From assembly GCA_003344405.1 (NCBI GenBank), contig NOWV01000024.1, forward strand, positions 248,001 to 312,000: a stretch of 64,000 bases of DNA. The letters are read 5' to 3'. The notes under the pieces were generated by a model. That model worked only from the letters and a program-made list of their open reading frames with translations, ran no database searches and was not told where the DNA came from. Shown here in pieces: positions 28,125 through 41,500 of the stretch. This DNA comes from Trichoplax sp. H2. Taxonomy: Eukaryota. The position numbers were made by a program, and so were the translations under genes. Within the stretch, counting starts at the first letter, position 1. The number at the start of each line of letters is the position of its first letter.

Positions 28125-28320
28125 CCTACTGTCTAGTCTAGTATAAAATAAGTCCTAGAAAAAGCACTGACGATTGAATGATTCCAGAATTAATTGATCG
28201 GATACAAAGTCGGAGGTCGAAATCCACAGGTAACGCGACTTAATGATAATGGAGGTTCAACAGGGACTATATGCAATTAAAATTTTCTTTGAGCTATAGG
28301 GCGCACCAGTTTATAAAATG
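28125..28320 (-). promoter_or_regulatory. Candidate distal non-coding first exon and TATA box of caveolin
   Basis: Strong donor AGG|GTAAGT at 28124 and minus-strand TATAAA near 28310-28316. Confidence 0.3.
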
Positions 28321-30575
28321 CACAATAATTTCCATGACAATATATACTGTAAGTTAATATACATTATATAGACATCAGATCCATGAATAATAAGTTATGA
28401 ATAAATATCAACATAGGACAATAACGTATTAGCAATAATGTATTAATTATAATATCTAGGGCCGTACTATTTAGTCAAACTGTTAACTTTAGGACATCCA
28501 TATACTAGATAGAACATTCTTATAGATGATGATCTATTTTCAGCTCAATGTTAATTCTTTATTTCATGCGTCAAAAACTGTATAATTCCCCTCGAAAGCC
28601 TTTAATAACATCCAATTTAACTCCGAATGAACTTATCATTTATTAAGTTAATAAAGTCAACTTTTTCATCGTAGCGATATAGAAACGATTCAAGCTGTAG
28701 TTAACTTCCGAATTCGGGTACATGACGAATATAATTACCTTTTATTTTAAAACGGAAGCGGACATGGCTTCTATTTGTATACTGTAATGCTCACATGTAG
28801 ACAATGGATATGATACTATCCTTATAGAGAAGCTTTACATAAATGGAACTGCCATGATAAATAAATTCATCTTGACTAAAATATGACTAATAAGTCTTGA
28901 TTTATCTAAATTCTGCTTATATTGTCCAAATAAGCGCTAACCCCCTGAAACACTTCGACTGAGATTTTTTTAAATGGCCGTAGACAGCAAGCTTTTTAAG
29001 GTACACTTGCAGATTACATCTAACATCTGTATAAGTAGAAATGTACAATGATTAATAAAGTACTTCCTTTCTTCTAGTTATTCATATTTGCGTGATGCAT
29101 TTATGAAGACACTCAAAGATTGCCGCAACAACATAATTGTTGCTCTTAACAATAGATTAAACTGAGATAAGTTGATGTCTTTTAAGGTTAAGGCCATTCA
29201 TTAACTGTTCGATTAATAACCAGTCAATGCTAATATGACCAAGATAGCGTCCATTAGTCCTATTAAAAAGGAGGTACCATGACAGTAGGCATTCCAAGCC
29301 AAGCATGCTTCGGCTTATTGCCTTACTAGGCTTACGATTATGGATAGGATTATAGTACGTAAAAAGAGCTGTTTTTAAAGTATGTGTAGAAATTATCGGA
29401 AAAGTTCTCAGAATGAAATGTTGATAGCAGCTGGAAAGTGCAATAAGATATAGACAAATATTTACTAGTGCACAAATTCAACTGTTCTTAGAGTATTATC
29501 CCAGTTATCAGCTATTTATAGCTATTTACAGCAAACTTTTACTGTATATATTGCTACAGTAAGCCTTCAATTAAACTTCATATATACGTTCGTCTAAAAT
29601 ACAATTTCACTTTAGCTTTTGCAGCTGCACTATCTATCGTCTGTATTTGATTACATTAAAAGGCTATATATTCATTTAGTTATATTTACGATGAAATTGA
29701 GTAGAAATTTTCAATGTTTTGAATTAATTATTTGTCTGAATGCAATGATATCTACATAATTATATCGGTTTTCCTGAAACGCCGAACTATTTCACATATT
29801 TTAGTTAATTAATTTGATTTTATTGATCGCCCAGTGCAGAATAATCAGTCTATAGAATATTACAAGAAAGCTGGAGCAATTAGGCAGAAGGTCATGTCAG
29901 TCATGTACTAACGTCATACCGGGCCATGTATGCAAAGCCAACGATTGCATTACGCGAACTACACTAATATAGTTTTCAATTACTAATCATTTTTAGCGCC
30001 GTATGTAGGTAAGAATGCTAAAAATTTCACAATTCTAGCAATAATCCTGGATTGACGTAGACTTATAGAATTTATATGATTAGCTTCAACAGGAATTGCC
30101 AAAGTTAACTGGATACTATAGAGCTTGCATCTTGATCTTACTTCTGATGGTAAAGATATTTAAATGCTTACAGATGTACTAATGACTACCGAAAATTACC
30201 GTATAAAAGTAAAGCACTTACAATCGAAGATTTAAAATTGATCAATGCTTGTTACAATAAATTATAATCTTCTACGGGCACTAGCTTAAACATTTACGTC
30301 AACTTTGTATAAAGTAAAATCCCATGCTAAACTTTTCAGAAGGTAGAAAAATTTCAGAAGAATGACATAAAGAGCTAAAAAGCATCACTCCTCTGGTAAT
30401 TACTTTTCATAACAGCAATCCATGATATTTTTATTAGTGTTTACATTTACCAAATCAATTCCTGTATAGCAAAGTATCGTTAACACGATCATTCCATGAA
30501 ATGATTATGTTAACAAAATGGGAAGGTTGACGTACTACAGCTCTTTAGATCCTAGCATCCAATAATGAAAAGACC

Positions 30576-33500
30576 TTAATCTACATTGGCCATTGCCGAT
30601 ATAATACCGCAGTAGATTTCTATTCCCTTAAGGAAGATCTTTTCATTCAAAAATTCATTATGATCGTGAAGTAATACCGGCGTATAGTTCATTGGAGAGA
30701 ATCCTAGGGCAGGTATTCCTGCCTGTAAATCAGGCCATATAATTTAAGGCATTAGAGGTAACTTTCTTAAAAGAAAGCTCGTATTTATCATCCCCTTAAA
30801 ATTACAATTACTATTGAAACTGCTCAAATCTTACATAGATAACAAATTACGTTGAATAGTATGACATTAAATAAATAGAATAAAAGAAATTTATCAAATT
30901 AATAATTATGGTCGATGCTGTTTAATTTAGTAGAAGTAATGCGGTAAAAATTTTATTGCAAGTAATGTTAGTTCTACTGTACTACAGTCGATTATTAGAG
31001 TGTATGTAAGTGATATAATCATATTTCCTCTTAAAAGGAAGAGATCAGCTTCATTAATACAGTACCTGGCGTAGGAATCGGCTATCTGTTGCTGCTGGAA
31101 ATGTCTCTGTAATGAGTAATAAACTCCTAAAGTTGCAAATTGATAATAAAAATAACGCGAATAAATGCAAGGGAAGGCTAACCGTAAGCTCTTAGTAAAA
31201 ATTAGTAAAAATTAATTAATTACTAATTAGTAAAAATTCCGTATCACATAGGATTAATCACAAATTGGAAAAATAATCTGCCTACATATTGGAAGCCGCT
31301 GAGCTGAACGCTCTCCACCATTTATCGCTGTTGTCAATGCTGGTAATTGATTTATCCATATGACGCTGTTACAAATACAAAAATCAAAGAAATACAAATA
31401 CAAATACAAAAATTAAAGTTATTCACAGTCTAAATAGAGATTAAGTGTGGCTAACAGTACGCATATTACACCATCGCTATTTAAAATTATCTTACGTCAA
31501 TAAAAGTGATTAAAATTCCATCGCCACATTCATCTGCCCAGGATCGGACTCTTTCTTCGAATTCCTGTGAAAAAAGTTATTCGTTTGAACAGAAGTAAAA
31601 AAATGTTATTGAATTAAGGGTTATTGAACGAAGTAAAGAAATAGTCGTATGACTACCTGGAAGTCAACGTCAAGTGCAAGCCTGACGTCAATAGCTAAAT
31701 GATTTGAAGAAAAATTAATAATAAATTAGAGCCGCTCATTATTCATAAATAAAATTGACTTACTGAGCGTAACATCTGCAGGGACTACGTTCCTTTGAAT
31801 ACCACCGTTCACCATAGTCATATTTATGGTTGTAACATCTCCCAATCTTAAATTATTTTCAAGCATTCTAAACAACGAATTTATTAATAATGCTGATAGT
31901 CAGTAACGGTTTAAGTATACACTTTACCACTGTTATCATGCTTTTTCATGTAAAATTCAGTTTAGAAAAGGTATAATAACAATAAATATTGATTTAACCA
32001 ATCTATTCGTTAAGATAACCGTTTTTCTTCAGAATTTCGAAATTCAGTGAATTTATTCATTAGCTTCCTCTATTTAATGGTAGAATGGTGCGTTGTAAGT
32101 ATACATAATACAGATACAACGTGTATACACCTACGAGTTTACTTGTAATTCGATAATAAAGGTATTAATATCATATATTGGCTAAGTTGCTAGCAAATGG
32201 TGGTCGTTACGTAAATGCATTTTCTTACAAGCTTTTCCATCGCAGTATTCTGAACAAATCTTGAGCCGTGTCCAGGCCTTCCAGTACATTTAATTCTGAC
32301 TCCTAGTATTTCGTGTTAGAATCAATTATTACCAGAACAAGCATTTAATTTGTTAAATTACTATAAAGGTAGCATTAATTAGTACTGTAGATCAACAGTT
32401 CAACACTGCATGCTGACTAAATTTCAGCTAACACTAAAAAGTTAAAGGAGAAAATTCAGTGGTGAAAGTAATAGCACAATGATAACAGCGTTGAGAATAT
32501 TTACCCCAAATTGGCCGCTCAGAATTGTAAACAATAAACTCTTCCGTTGGATTTGCTAAACCTACAAAGATAGAGTTAATTGAAGGTAGTTTCAAGAATA
32601 AAAAAATTTAGTACCAAGTGTTTTAGGAATGAACCTTCGTCAAGTGCGTAAGCAATGTTCAACTTTTTAAATTCTTCATGCTTGCAGAATAATTGCATGC
32701 CTTCCCTTCCTCCACGTTCTTCATCTGAAATGTCAATTGGTAGATTGATCAATTCAATCAAAATAATTTAAGTGGTTCAACAGTGAAAGTAATAATAAAC
32801 ATACATAGGTTAAACGTAAACTGTATTATAGTACGCTGGCATGAACGGTTTAAAATTTAGAAACTCTCTATCATTGTTGTAAAATAGCTGTTACAAACTA
32901 TTAAACAACGGAATATGTTGGCAAGTTATAATGATGGAATGGTCTTGTCATTCAGCTATTGCCTATACTCGTAAGTCCATAATCTAACTGTATTTGTATG
33001 CACTGTATTGTAGATTAGTATCTTGCGTGCCAAATAACATGCCATAATTTTGTATTAGAATCAACGCGTATTTGCCATTATGTAATACCTGGTACAAACG
33101 ACATATGTATAGTACGTTTAAAGCGCTTTCCTTCTTTCTTTAGTCTTCTTATAGCTTCTATATATCTAAATTACAAGGTAGTATTATCTTGCACATTCTT
33201 ACTTCTGGTATTAGCAGAGAGTTAGCAAACATAATTTAAGATTAACATTCACTAACTGTATTCCTACGCATTTCATATCCTAACAAACAAGAAAATTAAA
33301 ATATTATCGTTAGACCAGAGCCTTATAATTGAAGTATGCGAATACGTAAAAACCGAGGAAATATCTGTATGCCTGCGATATTGTGGCGAAATTTATAAAG
33401 TGAAAATGCAATTTAAGCCAATACCTATGGCGTAGCGGTACAATAATGTTACCTGTGTTCCTCTTGCGTATATATCTCCTTCCGGAGTTTTAATTGCGGC

Positions 33501-35142
33501 AAATGGATCATGTATCCAATGCTCCTATAATTTCAATATTTCGGAGGAAACTAATTAGCCTTTTAACCAACAACATGCAAGTATAATAAATTAATAATGC
33601 TGTAGTGGGCATATCACTCGAACTAGAACGATTACATATTAGCAATCTAGAATATACTCGTACATACGTGTAGCAGATATTATATATGTTTAGTAGCTTA
33701 AGTGAAACGATGAAAATGATTGCTATTTCTTGAAAAAGTGCGAGAAAGTCTTCAATTTTAAACTGTTTGATATAGTCTAAAGAAATAGACAGGCATGTAA
33801 TAAAATTGTATAAGCTTACAATCCAAGTAACTTACAAGATAAACCGGGACAACATCCGTATGGCTATTAAGTAATAAGGAGCCAAGCGTAGGATCTGTTC
33901 CTTCCCATGTTATAAGAACGACAGGCCTGTTTGGGAGGACCTGCACATTCGTCAAACATTAGCATAAAACACTTGACATCCTAAAAGTAGAATTTTTAAG
34001 TCTACCAGATCAATGTTGCTAACTAAATAGCCTACCTCGATTACTCTCATAGGCAGATCTATCTCTGCTGCCAGTCGTTGCAGTAGTTTAGTGCAAGCAT
34101 CTGTGATTGCAAAATATAAACTTAGGTAGTTAACACTGCTTTACCGTAATTTGTAGCAATGAAGATCTATGTTTGTACAGTAGCACCGTTAACGAAGATA
34201 CTTTCCAAGGCAGTATCTGCATTGTACTACACAAGCGATCTTACAGAATAAGAAAAACGACACTCGTTAATAAGCAATCAACACTCTTTCCCAAGTCTTG
34301 TAATGGAGTTAACACTGCTTTACCGTAATTTGTAGCAATGAAGATCATCTATCTTTGTACAGTAGCACTGTTAACGAAGATACTTTGAAGGCAGTATCTG
34401 CATTGTACTACACAAGTGATCTTCCAGAACTAGAAACATGACACTCGTTAATAAGCAATCAATACTCTTTCCTAAGTCTGGTAATGGAGTACATGACAAG
34501 AATCCGATAAAGGAATGGATGTTTCGCTCCTCAGGCACATGCCATGGGTACATACAAGCATTACCGGCAATCTTAATATGTTTTTACTGGGTTTAATAGT
34601 ATCTCGGAACGAAAAAAGGGCAAGAAAATGACTGTACAAAGAGTTCTAATCATCCATCATTGGCAACTTTAGATTTGCATGGCCTGTAAACAAAACTGTG
34701 ACACGCGTACGTAGATGTTTAGTAAGAGCAACAACTTATTGGATCATCGAAACTGGTTGCTATTGATACACTATAATTCATCAATCCTATTCGTATGGAA
34801 ATCAGTTCGATTGGCATCGATCACCATCCTGTGTGCTCTAAGATGTTGGAAATGACGAAATGATATTCATCTCTGCTTCTTACTGATTAACGATTGCATT
34901 ATTGGTCAGTAAAAACTAGCCATAAGAAACATGCTTTGCTTGTCTAGGCGAATGCAACAAAGTTCGATTCTGTTGCTTTCATGCCGTCCCCTTTACATTC
35001 TATCATGGAATAAATAGAATCTGAAGAAGGATTGGATCTTGAACTGTTTTATACATCATTTACCATAGTCAGCTTCGGATGAAATCGTATTGATTCTCAG
35101 ATATTCGCGAAAGACAGTCACTGCAGGATGCTCTTCAGCCAT
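30576..35142 (-). CDS. ACY1: Aminoacylase-1 (M20 peptidase family), ~16 exons
   Basis: Starts [19 protein letters not shown] (35142-35064). Contains [10 protein letters not shown] (33940-33836), [15 protein letters not shown] (23-nt microexon 33279-33257), [21 protein letters not shown] and [12 protein letters not shown], and a last exon [26 protein letters not shown]...ANVD*. Colinear with animal ACY1. Confidence 0.95.
34129..34490. repeat. Two-copy ~180-bp tandem duplication in ACY1 intron 1
   Basis: GTTAACACTGCTTTACCGTAATTTGTAGCAATGAAGATC occurs near 34129 and 34308. Confidence 0.85.
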
Positions 35143-35874
35143 GTCTTCCCTCTTGCCACGAGAGGGAAATCGTCATCTACTATAATAAGTTTATGACGCA
35201 GTACAAGTACTGTACGAGGTAGTGTATAATGTATATATATATATATGCCCGCAGTATTTGTGACGAAAGAGAGGTGTGGCCCACAAAATGGCCTCCATCA
35301 TTCTTTATTTACTTACTGTTACTGCAATTTCTAAATTTATTGAATCGTGCTATATCTTTTATTCGATATATAACTCTCTCTATATGACATATACATATGT
35401 AGAGATGATACGGGCCGTGTATGCCAAACATATAACATATACGATATACTGTATATACAACTTTTAATTATTTTACTGGCCAATGGACTGTACTCATTTT
35501 GGACATTTGAGTTAGGACTTGGAAGAGAAATTAAAAGTCCCTATGATTGGAACGGCTTATCCACTTGATGGAATCTGCGATTCCTTTTCCTTTACTGTAT
35601 GGCGTTGTCTATTTTCATCAACTAGGTTGTACTACGGTGAATACTCGACTATTCGTCCTATTGGATGCTGGACACTGTGCTGTAATCGATGTCAGCTTCA
35701 ATTGATGGAGAGATGGGAAATGCAAGAGAGAATGAACTGATTGGAAATATCATCGCAATCCTTTACCAGGAGATAGCCAGACATGCAGAAAGATAGCAAT
35801 AGAAGTGAATTTTGCATGCAGCTTGATTAACCTTTCTAATTAGTGATGCATGGCAGATATCTTGCATGATATTA

Positions 35875-37862
35875 CCTACTATACTGTATGACTATACCGA
35901 CCAATGTTGCATTACGTAGTCATTCAACGATATCCGAGTTTATTTACATTTTTATTTTTTTATTTTTACCTCGTCTCTACCGCCTAATGTGCAAGTAAGA
36001 AGAGAATTGCGTCTAGCTCAGCTCAACCTAAACCTTACTAGACTATCACAAATTTCTCGATCGGAGGACCGCTACTATATGACCATACCGACCAATGTTG
36101 CATCACGTAGCCATTCAACGATATCCGAGTTTAATTTACATTTCTAATTTTTATTTTTACCTCGTCTCTACCGCCTAAAGTGCAAGTAAGAAGAGAATTG
36201 CGTCTAGCTCAGCTCAACCTAAACCTTACTAGACTATCACAAATTTCTCGATCGGAGGACCGCTACTATATGACTATACCGACCAATGTTGCATCACGTA
36301 GCCATTCAACGATATCCGAGTTTAATTTACATTTCTAATTTTTATTTTTACCTCGTCTCTACCGCCTAAAGTGCAAGTAAGAAGAGAATTGCGTCTAGCT
36401 CAGCNNNNNNNNNNNNNNNNNNNNTCAGATATTCGCGAAAGACAGTCACTGCAGGATGTTCTTCAGCCATGTCTTCCCTCTTGCCAGGAGTGGAAAATCG
36501 TCATCTACTATAATAAGTTTATGACGCAGTACAAGTACTGTACGAGGTAGTGTATATATGCCCGCAGTATTTGTGACGAAAGAGAGGTGTGGCCCACAAA
36601 ATGGCCTCCATCATTCTTTATTTACTTACTGTTACTGCAATTTCTAAATTTATTGAATCGTGCTATATCTTTTATTCGATATATAACTCTCTCTATATGG
36701 CATATACATATATAGAGATATACAACTTTTAATTATTTTACTGGCCAATGGACTGTACTCATTTTGGACATTTGAATTAGGACTTGGAAGAGAAATTAAA
36801 AGTCCCTATGATTGGAACGGCTTATCCACTTGATGGAATCTGCGATTTCTTTTCCTTTACTGTATGGCGTTGTCTGTTTTTATTAACTAGGTTGTACTAC
36901 GGTGAATACTTGACTATTCGTCCATTGCATTCACTTGCGACCTCATTACACCGTCGACTTTCGTCCTATTGGATGCTGGACACTGTGCTGTAATCGATGT
37001 CAGCTTCAATTGATGGAGAGATGGGAAATGCAAGAGAGAATGAATTGATTGGAAATATCATCGCAATCCTTTACCAGGAGATAGCCAAACATGCAGAAAG
37101 ATAGCAATAGAACTGAATTTTGCATGCAGCTTGATTAACCTTTCTAATTAGTGATGCATGGCAGATATCTTGCATGATATTACCTNNNNNNNNNNNNNNN
37201 NNNNNGTGCAAGTAAGAAGAGAATTGCGTCTAGCTCAGCTCAACCTAAACCTTACTAGACTATCACAAATTTCTCGATCGGAGGACCGCTACTATATGAC
37301 CATACCGACCAATGTTGCATCACGTAGCCATTCAACGATATCCGAGTTTCATTTACATTTCTAATTTTTATTTTTACCTCGTCTCTACCGCCTAAAGTGC
37401 AAGTAAGAAGAGAATTGCGTCTAGCTCAGCTCAACCTAAACCTTACTAGACTATCACAGATTTCTCGATCGGAGGGCCGCTACTATATGACCATACCGAC
37501 CAATGTTGCATCATGTAGCCATTCAACGATATCCGAGTTTATTTACATTTCTTTTTTTTTTATTTTTATCTCGTCTCTACCGCCTAATGTGCAAGTAAGA
37601 AGAGAATTGCGTCTAGCTCAGCTCAACCTAAACCTTACTAGACTATCACAGATTTCTCGATCGGAGGACTGCTACTATATGACCATACCGACCAATGTTG
37701 CATCACGTAGCCATTCAACGATATCCGAGTTTAATTTACATTTCTAATTTTTATTTTTACCTCGTCTCTACCGCCTAAAGTGCAAGTAAGAAGAGAATTG
37801 CGTCTAGCTCAGCTCAACCTTAACCTTACTAGACTATCACAAATTTCTCGATCGGAGGACCG
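35875..37862. repeat. Tandem repeat, 191-bp unit, in two blocks (35875-36404 and 37206-37862) in the ACY1/HDAC intergenic region
   Basis: GTGCAAGTAAGAAGAGAATTGCGTCTAGCTCAGC recurs near 35989, 36180, 36371, 37206, 37397, 37589 and 37780. The array is interrupted by N gaps. Confidence 0.93.
36425..37185 (-). repeat. Second copy of the ACY1 exon-1 5' part and upstream region (duplicate of 35097-35877), between two gaps
   Basis: Same sequence including the ACY1 ATG ([15 protein letters not shown]), with SNPs and indels. Confidence 0.85.
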
Positions 37863-38581
37863 AGAAATCTATTGTACTGTACACTGTAAGCTACAGTACT
37901 TTGGGTCGCGTAAGGCACTGTACAGTACAGTACTGTACTGTACTGTAAGAGTAACAGTATCAGACTGCACAGTACAAGAAGTCCAAGGTACTGTAGACCT
38001 ACTGGAGTGTGGACCAGAACGTCAACTGCCGTGACAAATTCAAAATCAAAACGTTTCTCTTTTTCTGAGGTTTTTGCGCGGCCAGCAACAACATCAAGGT
38101 AGGCAAAATTAAGAGTTAGCATTCTATCTTAGTAGAGTACTGATGATATCGATCATGATGAGTCCAATCGGATGATAACGATGATCATCATGGCGATGAT
38201 GCTGTTATCGCTTATGGAAGAGATCAAAACAAAGGATTGCTACTGCTGGAAACAGAATGTGTAAACTACCATCGTCCACTTTCGTTATTGTTAATGGTGT
38301 TAACCGCTTAGTTGCTAGTCAATAGTAGAGAAATCCCAGTAAATGGATCATGCTAATGATCGATTCATAACATTATCAATGAGTAAGCTGAAAATGAGCA
38401 CAGATATTGCAACTTATGCTAGAATAAAACTTGAACTATCGGTATGAAATCAATTTATCCCTTTATGGCATACCTTGATAGCCCAGGTTGAAGCTGTACA
38501 GAAATACTGGCGTAACGATCCTCGTCTTCGTCTAAACAATAATGCAGTATTCATTTTATGCCATCTAGGTTAAGGACAACC

Positions 38582-41500
38582 ATGTCTGCTGAAGAAATTA
38601 TCAATCAACTGCAAAATTTGGTAAGGAATAAAAATCAATCAGGCTAGAATGCAATGCCAATGGATTGTTAATGCAAAGTTAACCTGAATAAAAGTATTGG
38701 AGACAAAATAATTGAGCTATAGCGCAAATAAAAGAATGCATCATCAATTGATACTGTACGTCAATGCATGTAGACGAGTAGATATTAAGGAAGAAAAAGG
38801 ATTAACTTCAACAGTTGTAGTCTGCATCCAAAGGACAACGTCATAATCCTATGGTGTAGGCAGGACCTATAATGAAATAGAGTTGCTATTTTGATAATCT
38901 TTTACTTTCAGTAAGGGTTAACGTAGAAATAGCTTCTCTTTTTCACTAGTCCTAACTTGATTGTTGCCATGCCTCAAGTTGATCAAAGCTCCATGAGCAA
39001 TGGTGTAAAACTACAATTTTTTATTTTCTTATTAGACTGTAGAAGATAGCAAATTCGACCTTGCAGATGGCCACGGATTTAGGTACAATAAATAGGAGCA
39101 AGCTTGAATGATTTGGTTACGCATAGTTAGCGTAGTTCTTTACCTTCTAACAAATAAAGACATCATTTCCTAGTTTGAAATAAAAAATTAGATCTTTATG
39201 TGTGTAAAATGCGACTATTTTTTCCTGGCTTGATGTGAAAGCAGATAGATTTAAGGTAATAAGCTAGATCTTACTTAGGGAAGTACATTTCTATTTAAAC
39301 CAACAGTACGTGTTATGTCTACGATAAAGATATGAAGAAACATCAAAATCTTTACGATAGGTAAGTTGATAAGGATGTCTAAAGAAAGGGCTTAACCAAC
39401 AAAATTTTGATATTGTAGCTTGCAAAATGTAGTTTGTAGACCAGTCAGCATATTGATATCATGATGAAGTGTGACTGATGTTCATGGCATACAAAAACAG
39501 ATAACACAATTCGACTTGCTGCAATGAAGATCTTTGTTTAGCATACAAATCAATCGAAAATTTGAAAGTGAGTGACTTCTTTATACTGTAAATTGTATTG
39601 TAGAAGCCATCCAGAAGTGCCAGATAGAATATCTCGTATTTACGATAAATGTCAAGAATATGAATTATTAAAAAAGTGTAAACGATTACCGGTAAGTTGT
39701 TTTGTAAACGAACGACAATTCTTCCTTCCTAACCTAAAGTAACCTAGCTAAAATTAGAGCATATCTTCCTAAAATGGATATGTACCGTAACATGCACCTT
39801 ATAATAAATCATTATAGTATGATAATCATATCCACTTATATTAATTTAGTCTAGGGTAGCGACTGATGAGGAACTCTTAATAATGCATAGGTAAGATTGC
39901 GTATTTCGTACATTTAACTAAAAGATTCTTCGGTATGCACAATTTATTACTAAGGCTTTGTCATTTATTTTGTCATTGTAGTCAAAATCTAATTGATACA
40001 TTAAGAGCCACTCAGACTATGAAAAGTAGAGATCTTTCCAAATACGCCGATTCTTTAGATTCTATATACTTACATCCGGTATAAAATAATAAATGCTCAT
40101 AACTGTACCAGAAAAATGATTATCATAAATGTATCATTTCCGTTGCTATTAGTTAGATTTATGTTCTATTTTACATTGTTTCAGAGCTCTTTTGAATGCG
40201 CTAAATTGGCTGCAGGATGTACGTTAGCAGTCATAGAGGAAGTAGCTAGTGGAAAAGTGAGTCGAAACTGATCTTTGCTTTTATTGACGTACTAATCGAT
40301 GCAATTGATTATAAAATTATTTAAAATTTTCTTCCTTAACCTTAAACCAGTCATTGAATGGAATAGGAATTGTGCGGTAACTTTTAAGATAATAAATATT
40401 AATTTACGATCTATTTCTCTTGCAAAATCCTATTTAATATATATAAGAATTGAGTTAAAATGAATATCTGAGTGAATTTTACTTTATCAACTAGGCCTCC
40501 AGGGCACCACGGATTTCATGATATTTGCTCTGGTTTCTGTCTCTTTAACAATGTAGCAATTGCTGCTAAAAAAGTTCAATCTTATCCAAATATTGATAGG
40601 TCAGTAAACTACTCATTATCTTTCGCGTGATTACGAAAAGAAAGATTTTAGCATCTACGTTGTATTTGTATAGCTTAGCTCAGATAGAAACTACATGTTG
40701 TAGTGAACCCCTTGTTCTGGTTATTGCAATTAATAATTTACTTTGCACTGGTGAATACATAGAATTCTAATTGTTGATTGGGATGTACATCACGGAAATG
40801 GCACACAATCATTATTTTATAAAGATCCTAGGTATGCAATTTGCTACTTTATTTGTAAGTGTATTATGCCAATTATAAGGGACCTCATTTTAATTAAAAC
40901 AGCGTCCTTTACTATTCCATTCATCGCTACGATCACGCTGAATTTTATCCTTTCATGGAAGATGCAAATTATGATAGAGCTGGGGAGGAGGCAGGCGAAG
41001 GATTTAATATTAATGTTGCATGGAATAAGGTATCTAATACTAGATATTTGTTCGTGTTAGTGTCTTTTTGACGTCCCAGTTTATAAAAGCTTAGCATGTA
41101 ACTTGTACCTTCATATTATCTATAGCCGAAAATGGGTGATGGCGACTATTTAGCTGCATTTCATCATATCCTGTTACCCGTGGCATATGAAGTAGGATAC
41201 GAGCATTCGTTCTCGATTAGCTTTAACATGAATGCGATTAACGTAATATTGACTAAGATTTTTTCCCCCTAATTTTATTACAGTTCAATCCAGACCTAGT
41301 TATTGTATCGGCTGGATTTGATTCGGCACGAGGAGATCCCAAGGTAACCTTAACAATGATGGAAAAGGAGTTTAAGATGTTATGCTTTAAAAGATCGCTT
41401 ATTGTTTGATGATGCTTACCGTGAGAAAATGATTAGAGATCTTGAAAATTCACCTTTATTTAGGGCCTATGTAATGTCACTCCGGAAGGGTTCGCACATT

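Noticed and set aside
35519..38122. ORFs MEEKLKVP... and MQVRRELRLAQ...
   Set aside because: They arise from duplicated promoter DNA and the 191-bp tandem repeat, use non-ATG starts and show no protein motifs.
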